Shown one piece after another: positions 52,779-64,000 of a stretch of 64,000 bases of DNA. This DNA is from Eledone cirrhosa (lineage: Eukaryota): the NCBI GenBank assembly GCA_964016885.1, contig OZ024750.1, positions 558,001 to 622,000 on the forward strand. Reading direction: 5' to 3'. The notes below the pieces were generated by a model, which worked only from the letters and a program-made list of their open reading frames with translations, ran no database searches and was not told the DNA's origin. Made by a program: the position numbers and the translations under genes. Each line of letters opens with the position of its first letter. Position 1 is the first letter of the stretch.

Positions 52779-54619
52779 TTTAAAGGTTTATCAATTGTTC
52801 CTCTGCAGAAAAATCATGATATTGTGAATTATATGTATTCTCAACTACAAAAGATGGTTTTATCGGTTGTAATGTTTGTTAGGGTAATAATATCGTTCAA
52901 TCCAAAGTATGTTTAGTTTTTTGCTTTGAGAAACACAAAACGATGATTGTGTTGTTGGAAGATGGCCAGATATGATCTGACTATAACTATAAATCAATTG
53001 CAGAAACTTTATTTCACAGTGCCTCACTTTGGATATTAATTTTCACTCCTTTTCATTCATACTTTTGTGTCAATAAAATTAGAATGTTTTGTGGTTGGAA
53101 AGTATGTCATTGCTTTAAAAACACACTCACATTCTCTCTCTCTCTCCCTCTAGCTATTGACAAAAGAATTAAGATGGAAAGGCTGGGTTAAAAGAAATTT
53201 GTTTGATTAGGAGCAAATCATTAGCTTAATTATTGCTGCTTCTTTATAAACTCTACATTGATAGCAACATTTTAGCTTTCCACAGATTGATCTTGTTTGT
53301 ATCTCAGAAGGAATTGCATTTACTAATAGCAAAGTCAAGAACCAGAAAAGCTGTTTCAGAATTTACATACTGCCAAATCTGTTCTGTTGCTGTAGTCAGT
53401 TGTTCCACAGATCAAACTATCTGGTTGTGAATGAGACTCTCACTCAGCTATCTTCAAATCTTTCATCATTAGCAATCTCGGGTGATTTTTGGAGCTAACA
53501 AATTAACAACCTACAAATTAAAATATAATGTTAGTGTGTTCTGAATCATTGAAGTAACATCCATTTTTTTCACATAATTTTTTCTTCTTTCGCTTTTTCT
53601 TAAAGGCTTACCTTTTTGGAATTAACTGAAGCCGACACCCTAAAATGGCTGGCTTAATATTGTTCATTATCACATTTAGATTTTGTTAAGCTTTCCTTCA
53701 GCCCCCTGTCTGATTATGACAATCAATTGAAATAATATCCTTAGTGATGTCAGGGTGGAAATAGGATGGATAGTATTTATTGTCTTGGTTTATTTTACAT
53801 TTTATCATTTCATTTATCACTGCTTGTCATCGCAATATAATTTATTGGGCCTGTCCTTCATTGTGCGATGAATTGCAGCTATTATTTGGACCAAGAAAAA
53901 GGTTAAATCTTTTCCTTTAAACTATATAGTTGCTTATATATATATATATATATATATGCATACTTTTGCCCATTATGGTACATCTGGTTTTCTTTTAACC
54001 CTTACTGAACCAATCACCATAAATTTGTCAAATTATTCCCTAAATATGTCAACTTAAGTCTTTCTCTTTCATTCCCACTTATTATTAAACCTTAGTTTTA
54101 TTGTTTAGACAAAGTTTTAACTGTCCCCAAATCTACCCATTCATTGCCCCCTTTCTCAAAATTTTAAAAGTGTTTCAATGTAAGGACTTTTAATTTATCA
54201 ACCATGTTTATTACTTTTTTTTTTTTTTTGTTATTGATGTTTTTTTTTTTTCTATCTCTTTGTCCCAGTACAAGTTGTTTGATCCACTGCACTGTATTTT
54301 GTCATCAGTTAAAATGATGACAACCTTTTGTTTCCATTGTCATCTCTTGTCAGTTTATTGACTCCAAGTAATTTGGACCTCTACTACTCACTTTAAACAT
54401 TCTCAGCAGAATTACCAATCAAGTATTCTTATAAACTTTGAAAGAAAAAAACTACAAAAAACACCCCCACCAAACAAAGTAAAAATAAAGAAAATCCTCC
54501 CTGCAGTTTTGTTGGGCCTTAGTTCCCTTCCCTTCATTGTAGTCATGTAGTAGCCACAATAAACATTGCCTTACTGGGATTTTCTGTATTTTGTCTCTTT
54601 ATACATGTGGGCTTTTTAT

Positions 54620-54650
<31 letters not shown>

Positions 54651-54870
54651 TTGAGCGTCTTCTATCCATCCCACACTAGAGATGACTGAGGAAGGAAGGG
54701 GTGATGACGTCACACACAAGAGATGACTGTGAGTATGTATTTTTGTGTGCTGAAAAAGATTCTAGTATTTTTTATTGAACTTTTAAGAAAAAGTTTCAAA
54801 GGTATCAAAAGGTACTGTTTTCTTCTCTGTTGCTGTTAAGTAAAAGTGAATATATATATATATATATACA

Positions 54871-55345
54871 CACACGTTGAAATAGCTTGATAAATTGAAC
54901 ATTGTGGTAGGCAAAATCTAACACAATACCAAATAATTATTTGTGTGTTTAATAACATCTTGTGGAGAGCTTATTCTGATAGCGGAATTTATATTTCCTT
55001 TGTCTAACATTTTGAATGACCCACCAAAAACCGGGGGTTATTTCCCTTGCTGGAAATAACACGCGACAACTAAATATACAATTCACTGCGGCAACATCTC
55101 GCCCCGTTCTTTGGTAGAACGAAAACCTGTTGATGAACTGAATCCTCTGTTCGATCATGAATACCACGAGCTTGCCAGTTACGTAAGTCTGATATTTGAT
55201 TTCAGATTCATAGAAACACTTTAAACGTGTTTGATTTGTCCAGGTGTATTTTTTTCTCAACCTGTTAGTTCTTTCGTTACTTTGGTATTGTGTGTTAGAT
55301 TTTGCCTACCACAATGTTCCATTTGTCAAGCTATTTAAACGTATG
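54871..55345. repeat. Inverted repeat: about 63-bp arms, about 347-bp spacer
   Basis: 54871-54933 versus 55281-55345, with 4 substitutions and one 2-nt indel. Confidence 0.93.
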
Positions 55346-55469
55346 TTATTACTCTAAGGACCTACCTTGTTGAGTGCTTTGCTAACTCATTCATATAGTA
55401 GGTCGAATTTGCTTGCACACCGCCAGAGATTCGATTTTACTAAGCATCCAATTATATATATATATCATT

Positions 55470-56185
55470 TAGGAAAGGCGTAGGTAGAAACTCCATTTTA
55501 TGTCCCAAATGCAAAGTATGGGTGCATAAAAGATGTAGTGGGATCACAGGTAAGCTAACTAAGAACAGATTTTACATGTGGCCGGTGCTCTGGTGCAATA
55601 AGTAGCAGCAAGTGCCCACAAAATACTAGCTCTTTCAATTGCGTAGAGGGTTCTATAGAAATAGTGGACAGCTTCCGTTACCTGGGTGACAAAATCAGCA
55701 GTGGGTGCTCTGAAAGTACAGTAGCTAGAGTCAGAACTGGATGGAAAAAGTTCAGAGAGCCTTATACCACTATTAGCCGCTAAAGGGTTCTCCCTAAAAA
55801 TGAAAGGCAGGTTGTATGATGCCTGCATACGAACAGCAATGTTGCATGGCAGTGAGACCTGGGCATTGTGTGCAGAGGAACGAAGCTTGCATGCTCCGCT
55901 GGATGTGTAATAGTAATATACGTGAACGGCAAAGCATAAACGAACTAAGGAAAAAATTAGAAATAAGAGGGTTCAGATGTTTACTCGAGAGAAGGCTACG
56001 TTGGTATGGTCACGTGATGCGCATGAAAGACGACAGCTGTATAACAAAGTGCAGGGCAATAAAGATAGATGGTAGCCACGGAGTAGGCAGACCCAGGAAA
56101 ACCTGGGACGAGCTGATAAATTCCGACCTCACATACTTACACCTCTCCGAGACCTTTGGCGGTACTCAGTAACAGAGAAGACCCG
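55470..56185 (+). mobile_element. Degenerate RTE LINE fragment (PHD-like region to C-terminus)
   Basis: Encodes CKVWVHKRCSGITGKL, VDSFRYLG, LYDACIRTAMLHGSETW, RLRWYGHV and GRPRKTW, with frameshifts. Confidence 0.9.
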
Positions 56186-56279
56186 CCTTACCTAAATATA
56201 AAGTAAAACCTACTACAGTCAGTAGGCATCTCTAACAAAATACCCCATCCACACCGCCCCCTTCAATGCAAAGTTATGT

Positions 56280-56552
56280 TGGTGCCACAACATCCAGGCC
56301 GAAACAAATGAGATCGTGTAGGTGTCACGACAAAAAACACACAGTCCACGCTGTAATGTGGCCGTGTAGGCAACACGGTAAAAACCTCCCAGCCCCACAC
56401 TGTAAATGTGGTTGGTGTTAGGAAGGGCATCCAGCTGTAGAAAACCCGCCAGACAGTCCTATGCAAGCAAGACAACCACTCTTGCCTCAAGTGGGAAAAC
56501 CCCCGTCCAAACCCATGCAAGTGTGGAACAGGGACGTTAAACGATGATGATG
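56280..56552 (+). mobile_element. RTE-tailed non-autonomous retroposon
   Basis: Same family core (ggtgttaggaagggcatccagctgtag) and (GAT)n tail. Confidence 0.82.
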
Positions 56553-56757
56553 ATAATTTGGTGGGCTTTAAAGAAACTAGTTGTAGATGAGTGGCTTGTG
56601 AAGGCTGTACAAGCCCTGTATAGAGTAGCGGTTAGCATCAATAATGACTATACTGAAGAATTTAGCATGCAGGTGGGTGTCCACCAGGGCTCTGTTCTTA
56701 GCCCACTCCTGTTTATTATTGTCCTGCAGGCTATGATAGGATTTAAGACTGGCTGCA
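56553..56757 (+). mobile_element. RTE LINE internal RT fragment
   Basis: IWWALKKLVVDEWLVKAVQALY..VGVHQGSVLSPLLFIIVLQA, homologous to 9550-9765. Confidence 0.9.
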
Positions 56758-59437
56758 CAGTGAGATGGAACAAATACCAAGACATTTTTAATGGTAGTTG
56801 TTTTATGTCATGGCTTTAAATACAACAGCTAAATTAGCATTTAAACCAGCTCTATCCAGCCAGAATTTTCTCACCTAACTGGCCACTCATACTGATGTTA
56901 AAGTATTGTTCTCAAAATAAATAACATCAAAATTTCAGATTCAATATTATGAGATAAAGGAATAGTAAATATAGAGTGAATGTCAGTTCAACTATAAAAG
57001 TGGTGTATTGATACAGCTGTTAATGGTGGTGTATTGATACAACTTAAAGTATTGGATTAAAAACATGTCTTAATATTTGTTCTGGCTCACTTCAAATTCT
57101 AGGTCAGCTTTGCCTTTCATCCCTTCAAGGCTGATAAAGTATCAGTCAGGTACTAGTTTGATTCTTCATATCTCTCTCTGGGAGAAATCAACTTTGTTCT
57201 GGTTGGAGAGGGGTGAGCTCTGCCAGGTGTAAAATGCCCAAGACATGTCCCGACAACTTCATCAGGAAGAGCCCTTTACCTTAAGCAGAAGCTTGACTAT
57301 GATATCTTGGGCAAGTGTATTCTATAAAGCCCAGAGTTGACCAATGTCTTGTGAATAAACTTAGATGAAAACTAGGAAATCCTGTTGTATATATGGGTAT
57401 GTATGTTAGTCACTTCCAGTGTCATATATACATTATAAAAACACCAGGGTGTAGCAGGGTTGACAAATGTTAACAGTATATATATCATACATAAAATACA
57501 CCAGGAAGAGCATCCTGCTATAGAAAACATGCCTCAAAAAGTATTCCATCCCATGTAAACATTTGAAAAGGTGAATGTAAAATTGATGAAAATGCAGAAA
57601 TTTTCCAAAGGTCAGCCAAAACGCCAAACCAATATAGATATTGGTCGACTGACATTGTAGAAATGGCATTGTAGAAATTATAACCTACCAATTCAAAAAA
57701 TGGACAATTGGATTATGTGATCTTAGATAAACAATGACTACATCACTACACAAAACAAACAGGGATGGTTGTGTCTCTTTTGGTTATAGATTCACTTGAC
57801 CAGTGCTAGCCTGGGGTTAAATAATTTATTATCCCAAATTTCATTGACATTCAAACATTACCACATAAATAAATGAAGATGGAAAAATGAGATGAAATGT
57901 TTTTTTTTTTTTCTTGATTTCTACTTTATTTTTTTTAATAGTTACCAAAAGCTGAACACAGACTGGCTTTTAAATATAAAAGTTAGATGTCATCTTCATT
58001 TTCCAGAATATAGAGATCAGTAGAATATTGACAATTTCATTTATGAATTGGTTATTTTGAGGCAGAGATTAAAGATTTTATCGCAATTCATAACAAACAT
58101 TCCACTTGAAAAGACAAACTGTTACTCAGCTAACTACATATGAAGGTCAAAAGGAAGTTGTCATTTATGTAAACTATTAAAAGATAAAACTTATCTTGCT
58201 AGGGTTTACTATACATTGTGAATTGGCAGTCATTAAAGCTAGTGCCATGACAAAAAGTACCCAGTTCATCCTATAAGATGCTTGTACTGGTGCCATAACA
58301 AAAAGCATCCAATCCACCTTGTAAGGTGGTGATACTGGTGCTATAAAAAAGGTTCCCAGGGCACACTAAAAGGGTGTTTGCATTAGGAAGGGCATCCAGT
58401 TATGGGAAAGCAAGCAAAAAAAAACAAAAAACAGACCATATGAGGTGGTCACCTCACCAGTCTAGTCTCATAATGTGACAACTCATCTAACACATGCAAG
58501 CATGGAAAATAAGATGTTAAACAATGATGATGATGGTTAGAGTATTGGATTAAATGCCTCGAGGCATTTGTTCCAGGTATCTGTAGTCTGAGTTCAAATC
58601 CCACTTAGGTCATCTTTGCCCTTCGTTCTTTCCGCACTGATAAATGGTGGATTGGCAAGTTTGTTAGAACATCACAAGTGATACCTTACAGTATTTCTTT
58701 CAGCCCTTTGTATTCTGAGTTCACCTGTGACAACACTGGTACCAATATCTAATAGTGTTTGTCTTTCCTTTGAACACTATCAGTGGAGGGGAGAGACTTG
58801 CATTGCTGGGCTTCCACAAACCTCCATTCTGAGGTTTGTTCCAGGTGCAGATCCATAATCTTACGAGACATATGAATGCTCTGGACTTACTTAGTTTATC
58901 TATTGTTAACTGAAATTAAACTTATGAATAAAATATTTTGGGAAGTAGACCCCAACATTCCAGTTTTTGTTTCATAATGGATTTAATCTGATGAAAATAT
59001 GAAATTATTTTGTACTGTGAAGCTGATGGAATAAAAAAAACTATACATCATGTTATATAAAACAATATGACAACTCATAATTATCCTCTTGGATCCTCAC
59101 GATATTGATATTTCTGATAAATATAACATTCAACATCCAAAGAAATAGTCTAATTATGGATAATGACACAATCTATAATGTATTAATGACAGTAAAACTC
59201 CCTCACTATTGAATAAATGATTAGACTCAAGGTCTTTATTTTTTAGTTGGATGATTATAAATTTTCGGTAGAGCTATAGAGTTAGGAACCATCATTCTAA
59301 ATGAGAGGAGAAAAAAACATTCTCCAATAGGATTTAAATTTGCCACGTACAAAAATATAAAAATAAAATAGTAATAAAAGGCACACAGTAAATAAAGTAA
59401 AATATAAATTGAGCACATTTTTGCTGAAGTAGTTACT

Positions 59438-61804
59438 CTACATAGATTTAGTTGTTTCATATTCCTTCTTAGTTACAAAATCAATTCCATTTCTAGGCAA
59501 GGGAGAATTAATTAGAGGGCATATCCAGGCAATAGAGTAATTTTTACCTAAGGTATCTAAAAGATTCCTTTTCCATCCAAGATTATATTCACTTTTTTTT
59601 AAACGACGTTCGTAAGAAGTCTGCCCGTTATAAATATTTCGTATATGATACATAAAAAGGCTTAGCACAGTAACAAATATTAACGCTGTAATACCCGCAA
59701 GAAAGCAAGCTAAAACACGAGGAGAGTGTAAGATTCCAAAGAGCCAAGCTAAAAGTGGTACAATTATACTAAAGAGGTAAGAGAAAGAAAGTGTACCAAA
59801 CTCTGTCAGTGTGTAGCGAACTAACAACAGGTTCAAATAAAAGCAGGAAATGGTTGCATAGAGCAATAGTAAAAAGAAATAACGGAAATTCGCATGGCCA
59901 ATGCAGGTTCCAATAAATAGACAATGATGGTCTCGTTTAAGGATGCATCTAAGAAAAGAAAAAAATACATACAAATGGTTAATGTTGAAATCCTTTACAA
60001 ATAAAAATCAAATAAACAACAATTGCTAGCTGGAAAAATCGGTTCTGTATGAGCAAGACATGGTCACCTGACTTAGCATTGCTCACAATAGGGTAACTCG
60101 TCTAACCCATGCTTGCGTGGAAAAATTGATGTTAAACGATGATAATGAAACTGATTGAAACTAATTACATGAGTCGAGGCTGACTATGGCGCATTAAATG
60201 AATTTTCCCACAGATACCAGACTTTTGAAAGTTGTCTACTCAACAAGCACAAGGACTCCCTAGGCCACAGTTTAAGAACTGATAGTTTAACCCTTTTCAT
60301 ATTAATCGGTCTGAAACCACCCCTAATTGATTGATACGAAACTAATAATTTTGAATGTTTAAGGTTTCCCCTAAAATATGTCATCTCCCAACCCTGGTTC
60401 ATTATTACTGTCTGCTTTGTTGATTTTATGTATACACCTTTCAATTTATTAAAGACGAAATTGTCATAAATTTCACTTTTGTCGTATAAGGAACTAATAA
60501 GAAACTATTAAGGTAATAATAGTTTCTACCGATATAACGAAAACATTCTACTATTACTTAAATTTAAAAAAAATGAAATTTATCAAAGAATCAGAGGAGA
60601 AAGTATTTAAGTGAATTAACACCACGGCGAAATATCAACAATGGGTGTGAATATAAATGTAAAATTATGTCGGATACGGAGCGTATGATTGTAAGGTATA
60701 TTTAATGAACTATTACTTCAAAGTTTAAACATCATTTAAAGAAAATTTGAGGTTTAGATTATTATTTTGGCTCGCTGTATATTGGAAATATTGTTATAAC
60801 GTACTGAACTTCTATTTAATAAATACTCGGGTGTTTTACCAAACAAGGTTCAGTCAGTAAACCTTTACTATAACATTCCTCTAGAATGGTGGAATTGGTA
60901 GAGCATCGGATATAATCTCACTGCTGTATTTCTTCCGGCTTTTTATATTCAAAACTCAAACCGAGCTCAATGTTGCCTTTCTGGTTGTAATAATATTTTT
61001 TTATATTAACAAAAACGGGGATAGTCGATAGGTTTGGTTAGAATTTCGAAATTGAAATTAATATTTCCCTCGCAGTTTTTGATGTTTTGGACGAATATGG
61101 CCGTCAAAAGCATCGTAAATTACTTGTTTTTGTGGTTCCCCGACCTGAGAACTCCATAGTACTGGAGATGTTGTAATGCTTTCTAATCTAGGGATAAGGC
61201 CAGCAATTTGGAGGAAGTGTTAGGCGATCAAATCTACTCCAGTATTTAACTGGTAGTTAATTTTGTCGACATCGGAAGGATGAATGACAAAGCTAAGCTC
61301 GGCAGGATTTGAACTCTGAACGTAAACAGACGTAACTAGATGCCGCGAAGCATTCTGGCAACTCGCCACCATAGACAAGTGTAATAATAAAACATTATTC
61401 AGCTTCTCAGAGCCAACATTTTACAACTCTTTGTGCAGATGACAAAGCTATTTATACGCTTACCTGTCACAAATGTCACAGTGGAATGACCTCGGAGGTG
61501 CATTGGAGATGCAAACTGAACAGAAAAACCAATTAGGTTTCAGAGTGCTGGGAAGAATCGCTGAGCCACTGGTCGTATCTGCAGAAAGTATCTTCCAAAT
61601 GCAAACCATGATATTAAAATAACCGATTATACCTAGGAAAATGTGAAATAGGTAAAAAGAATTGTGCCAAGGTATGTGTTTGTATCGAGAAGGTAAAATT
61701 TCCGTATGATAAAACCATTTAGTAACATGAATGTATATTAAAAGTAGAGAAAAAGCACACTTGTCAAAATTTGATTTCGGTATAAATTTCCATTTAGTAT
61801 TCAT
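59438..61804 (-). CDS. ZDHHC24: DHHC palmitoyltransferase (ZDHHC24-like), 283 aa, two exons
   Basis: Exon 1 is 61804-61464 (donor AG|gtaagc) and exon 2 is 59948-59438 (acceptor ttcttag|A). The join reads CSVCISNAPPRSFHCDICDR-CILKRDHHCLFIGTCIGHANFRYF, followed by hydrophobic helices and GQTSYE..YNLGWKRN. The subfamily call rests on size and motif recall. Confidence 0.9.
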
Positions 61805-62362
61805 CTTTAAAATCTATTTGTTTGTTTTCAGTCGTTATTTCGAAATACACACAGTATAAAAAAAGTTTTAAAATATATCAGTTCTGTTTGTTGAAAGAAG
61901 GCGGTGTTATTCCTGTAATTAAGTTGTTACGAGTTACTTTCCCTTGAAATAGCAAGAGTGATCTCCACTTGATACGAGTCTTAAATAAACTTTAATATAC
62001 GAGATCGAATATATATTGAATATTAAGAAAATAAAAATATACACAAAATAATATTTAATTATATTAATAATTTACATAAAAATATAGAATAAAAACGAAA
62101 GAAAATATTAATACAAAACTAAATAAACAATCGATCACACAGCACAATGGATGCCGTAACCTACCTCTAATACATTTGAAGCAAGACAACATACTCTCAA
62201 CGTTACTGCGGGTGATGACGGTCGCTGTCGAGACCTCTGATACCCTTGGTCCTCCGTAAAATTAGGGAGGAGTGCATCCCGCCTGCAGAAGGAGCCCCAT
62301 GACATGTAGTGGATGGTGAGGACTTGTAGCATTTGTTGAAACCGAACTCCTAAAGAGTTATA

Positions 62363-62549
62363 CGAGGGTAGGCTTAAAATATTCATTGGCTCACTATGAA
62401 AGAATCATGCTAGAGCTGTGAAATATTGCATGCATTAATTTCAACTGTTCTTATTAATATAACTTCATTGTTTCTATCGAGGGACTATGTTAAAAAGTAA
62501 ACCTCATTTGAATCTTGGTCAGCCTATGAACTTTTCAGCCGACCCTCCT
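62363..62549. mobile_element. Tc1/mariner-type MITE
   Basis: TA-CGAGGGTAGGCT.. and ..AGCCGACCCTCC-TA termini; the family also occurs at about 849-1060, 5771-5953 and 23117-23290 with a shared interior (gaatgaccaaatgaggttt, attaataagaagagttgaaattaat). Confidence 0.82.
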
Positions 62550-62689
62550 ATTCAGTTCTTTGTACGACCAGAAAATTTAGTTTTTCAAATGACTTTAACG
62601 ACATGGTAAATTATAATTGGTTTCTGATTTAGAAACAAAGCCAACAAGGGGAAGGGAAAGTAAATTAAATTAACCCAGTGCATTAATTC

Positions 62690-64000
62690 TGTGCATTTAA
62701 TTCTGTGCCACACAAAAGACTTATGGCAAAACTCTCTGTAATGGGTGTGAGGGATGATCTTTTCGACTGGCTGAAATCCTTCATTCTCAACCGAAAGGAA
62801 GTAGTCACGGTTCTAGGACAGCATTCTTCACCATATGAGATGTCATCTGGTGTACCACAGGGATCTGTTCTTGGTCCTCTTTTGTTTGTGGCATATATTA
62901 ATGACATAGATGCCAACTTACAGAATGCCACGGTACTAAAATATGCAGATGACATCAAGCTGTACCTTGAAATCAAAAGGACTGATCCTGAAATTTACAA
63001 CTCTTTCCTACAGTCAGACCTGGACACAATGCAGCAATGGATCACAGACTGGCAACTGAAGCTGGCTGTGGACAAGTGTACCACCATGCATTTTGGAAGG
63101 AAAAATCCAGCGTCCACATACTCCCTCCACAACACTGACATCAAAAAGTCCTCTTGTGAACGTGACCTGGGCACTACTGTCAGCAACGATTTGCGTTGGA
63201 CAAACCATGTCTCTAAGATTGTCAAGAAGGCCGAGGGTGTCTTGGCATCACTCAGCATGACCTTTGTTAGCCGCTCTCCAGCCATCTATTTAAAACTGTA
63301 TACAGCTATGGTGCGACCACACTTGGAATTCGCATCATCAGTCTGGAACTCCTATCTTGCTCGGAACATTGACCTCCTGGAAACTGTTCAGAGACGTGCA
63401 ACCAAGCGCATACCCTCCATCAGACACCTACCATACTCTGAACGCCTTGCTTCCCTGGGCATGGATTCATTGAAGCTCCGACGTCTGGCAATGGACTTGG
63501 TGAATACCCACAAAGCTTTTAACCATCTCGCCAACTGCAACCCTGAGCGCCTCTTTGATCTACATGTGTCTAACACACGTGGACATGCCTACAAGATCAG
63601 AAAACAGCACAGCTCCCATGACTTTCGCAGACATTTTTTCACGCTCAGAGTTGCTGAAGCATGGAACAAACTGCCTGCGTCAATTGTTAGCTGCCGAGAC
63701 ACTGCATCCTTTAAGACACTCATGCTTCCCGAAATACGCCAAAACTACACCTGATGTACCCCTTCCATACACATGCACACATGTGTGTATCATGACTCGT
63801 GCACTGTTCATTTTATTGATGTTTATGCATTGCCCTATGTACTGTACATGCACTTTTTTGATGAGTTGTGGTGCACCTGGGCACTGTACACAATATTTCA
63901 TTATTGTTATTGTTATTATATCATGACTCATACACTGTTCATTTTCCTGACATTTGTACATTATTCTATGTACTATACATGCACCTTTGATGTGTTGTAG
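62690..64000 (+). mobile_element. 5'-truncated CR1-clade LINE (RT C-terminal half plus 3' UTR)
   Basis: ORF 62705-63754 with SGVPQGSVLGPLLF, YADD, ERDLG, LYTAMVRPHLEF, VQRRATK, TRGH and FFTLRV..WNKLP; the 3' UTR has internal repeats. Confidence 0.93.

Noticed and set aside
54949-55260. 103-aa ORF in the inverted-repeat spacer read as a transposase
   Set aside because: No recognisable catalytic or DNA-binding motif, and a non-ATG start.
57240-57266. Third hammerhead (- strand CTGATGAAGTTGTCGGGACATGTC)
   Set aside because: The GAAA box is mutated and stem II cannot form.

Overview
AT-rich, microsatellite- and retroposon-dense eukaryotic DNA; the SINE/RTE/CR1 complement suggests a mollusc, probably an octopod cephalopod (inference). 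There is no prokaryotic content and no CRISPR. Two protein genes are well supported. (1) + strand: an 11-coding-exon, about 728-aa nuclear RNA-binding protein (21270-49613) with a Gly/Met-rich low-complexity N-terminus, three U1/matrin-type C2H2 fingers, an acidic tail and a terminal RGRG stretch (Drosophila Pep / matrin-3 / CIZ1-like). Non-coding first exons lie near 13.6-14.1 kb. (2) - strand: a convergent two-exon, 283-aa DHHC palmitoyltransferase (ZDHHC24-like, 59438-61804). A third candidate, a 72-aa spliced microprotein on the - strand (6952-432), is absent from the ORF track. Repeats include a 5'-truncated RTE LINE with a PHD-like finger inside its RT, a CR1 3' fragment, many SINEs, mariner-, hAT- and TTAA-type MITEs, and 43-, 48- and 17-bp minisatellites. 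The most unusual signal is three unrelated fold-back insertions in (TA)n tracts whose inverted arms all stop 3-5 nt from the same TACTC..GAGTGCT hairpin motif. Also notable are two minimal hammerhead-like motifs, an inverted young SINE pair around a skippable 84-nt exon, and a candidate poison exon. All calls are by eye, with no database searches.
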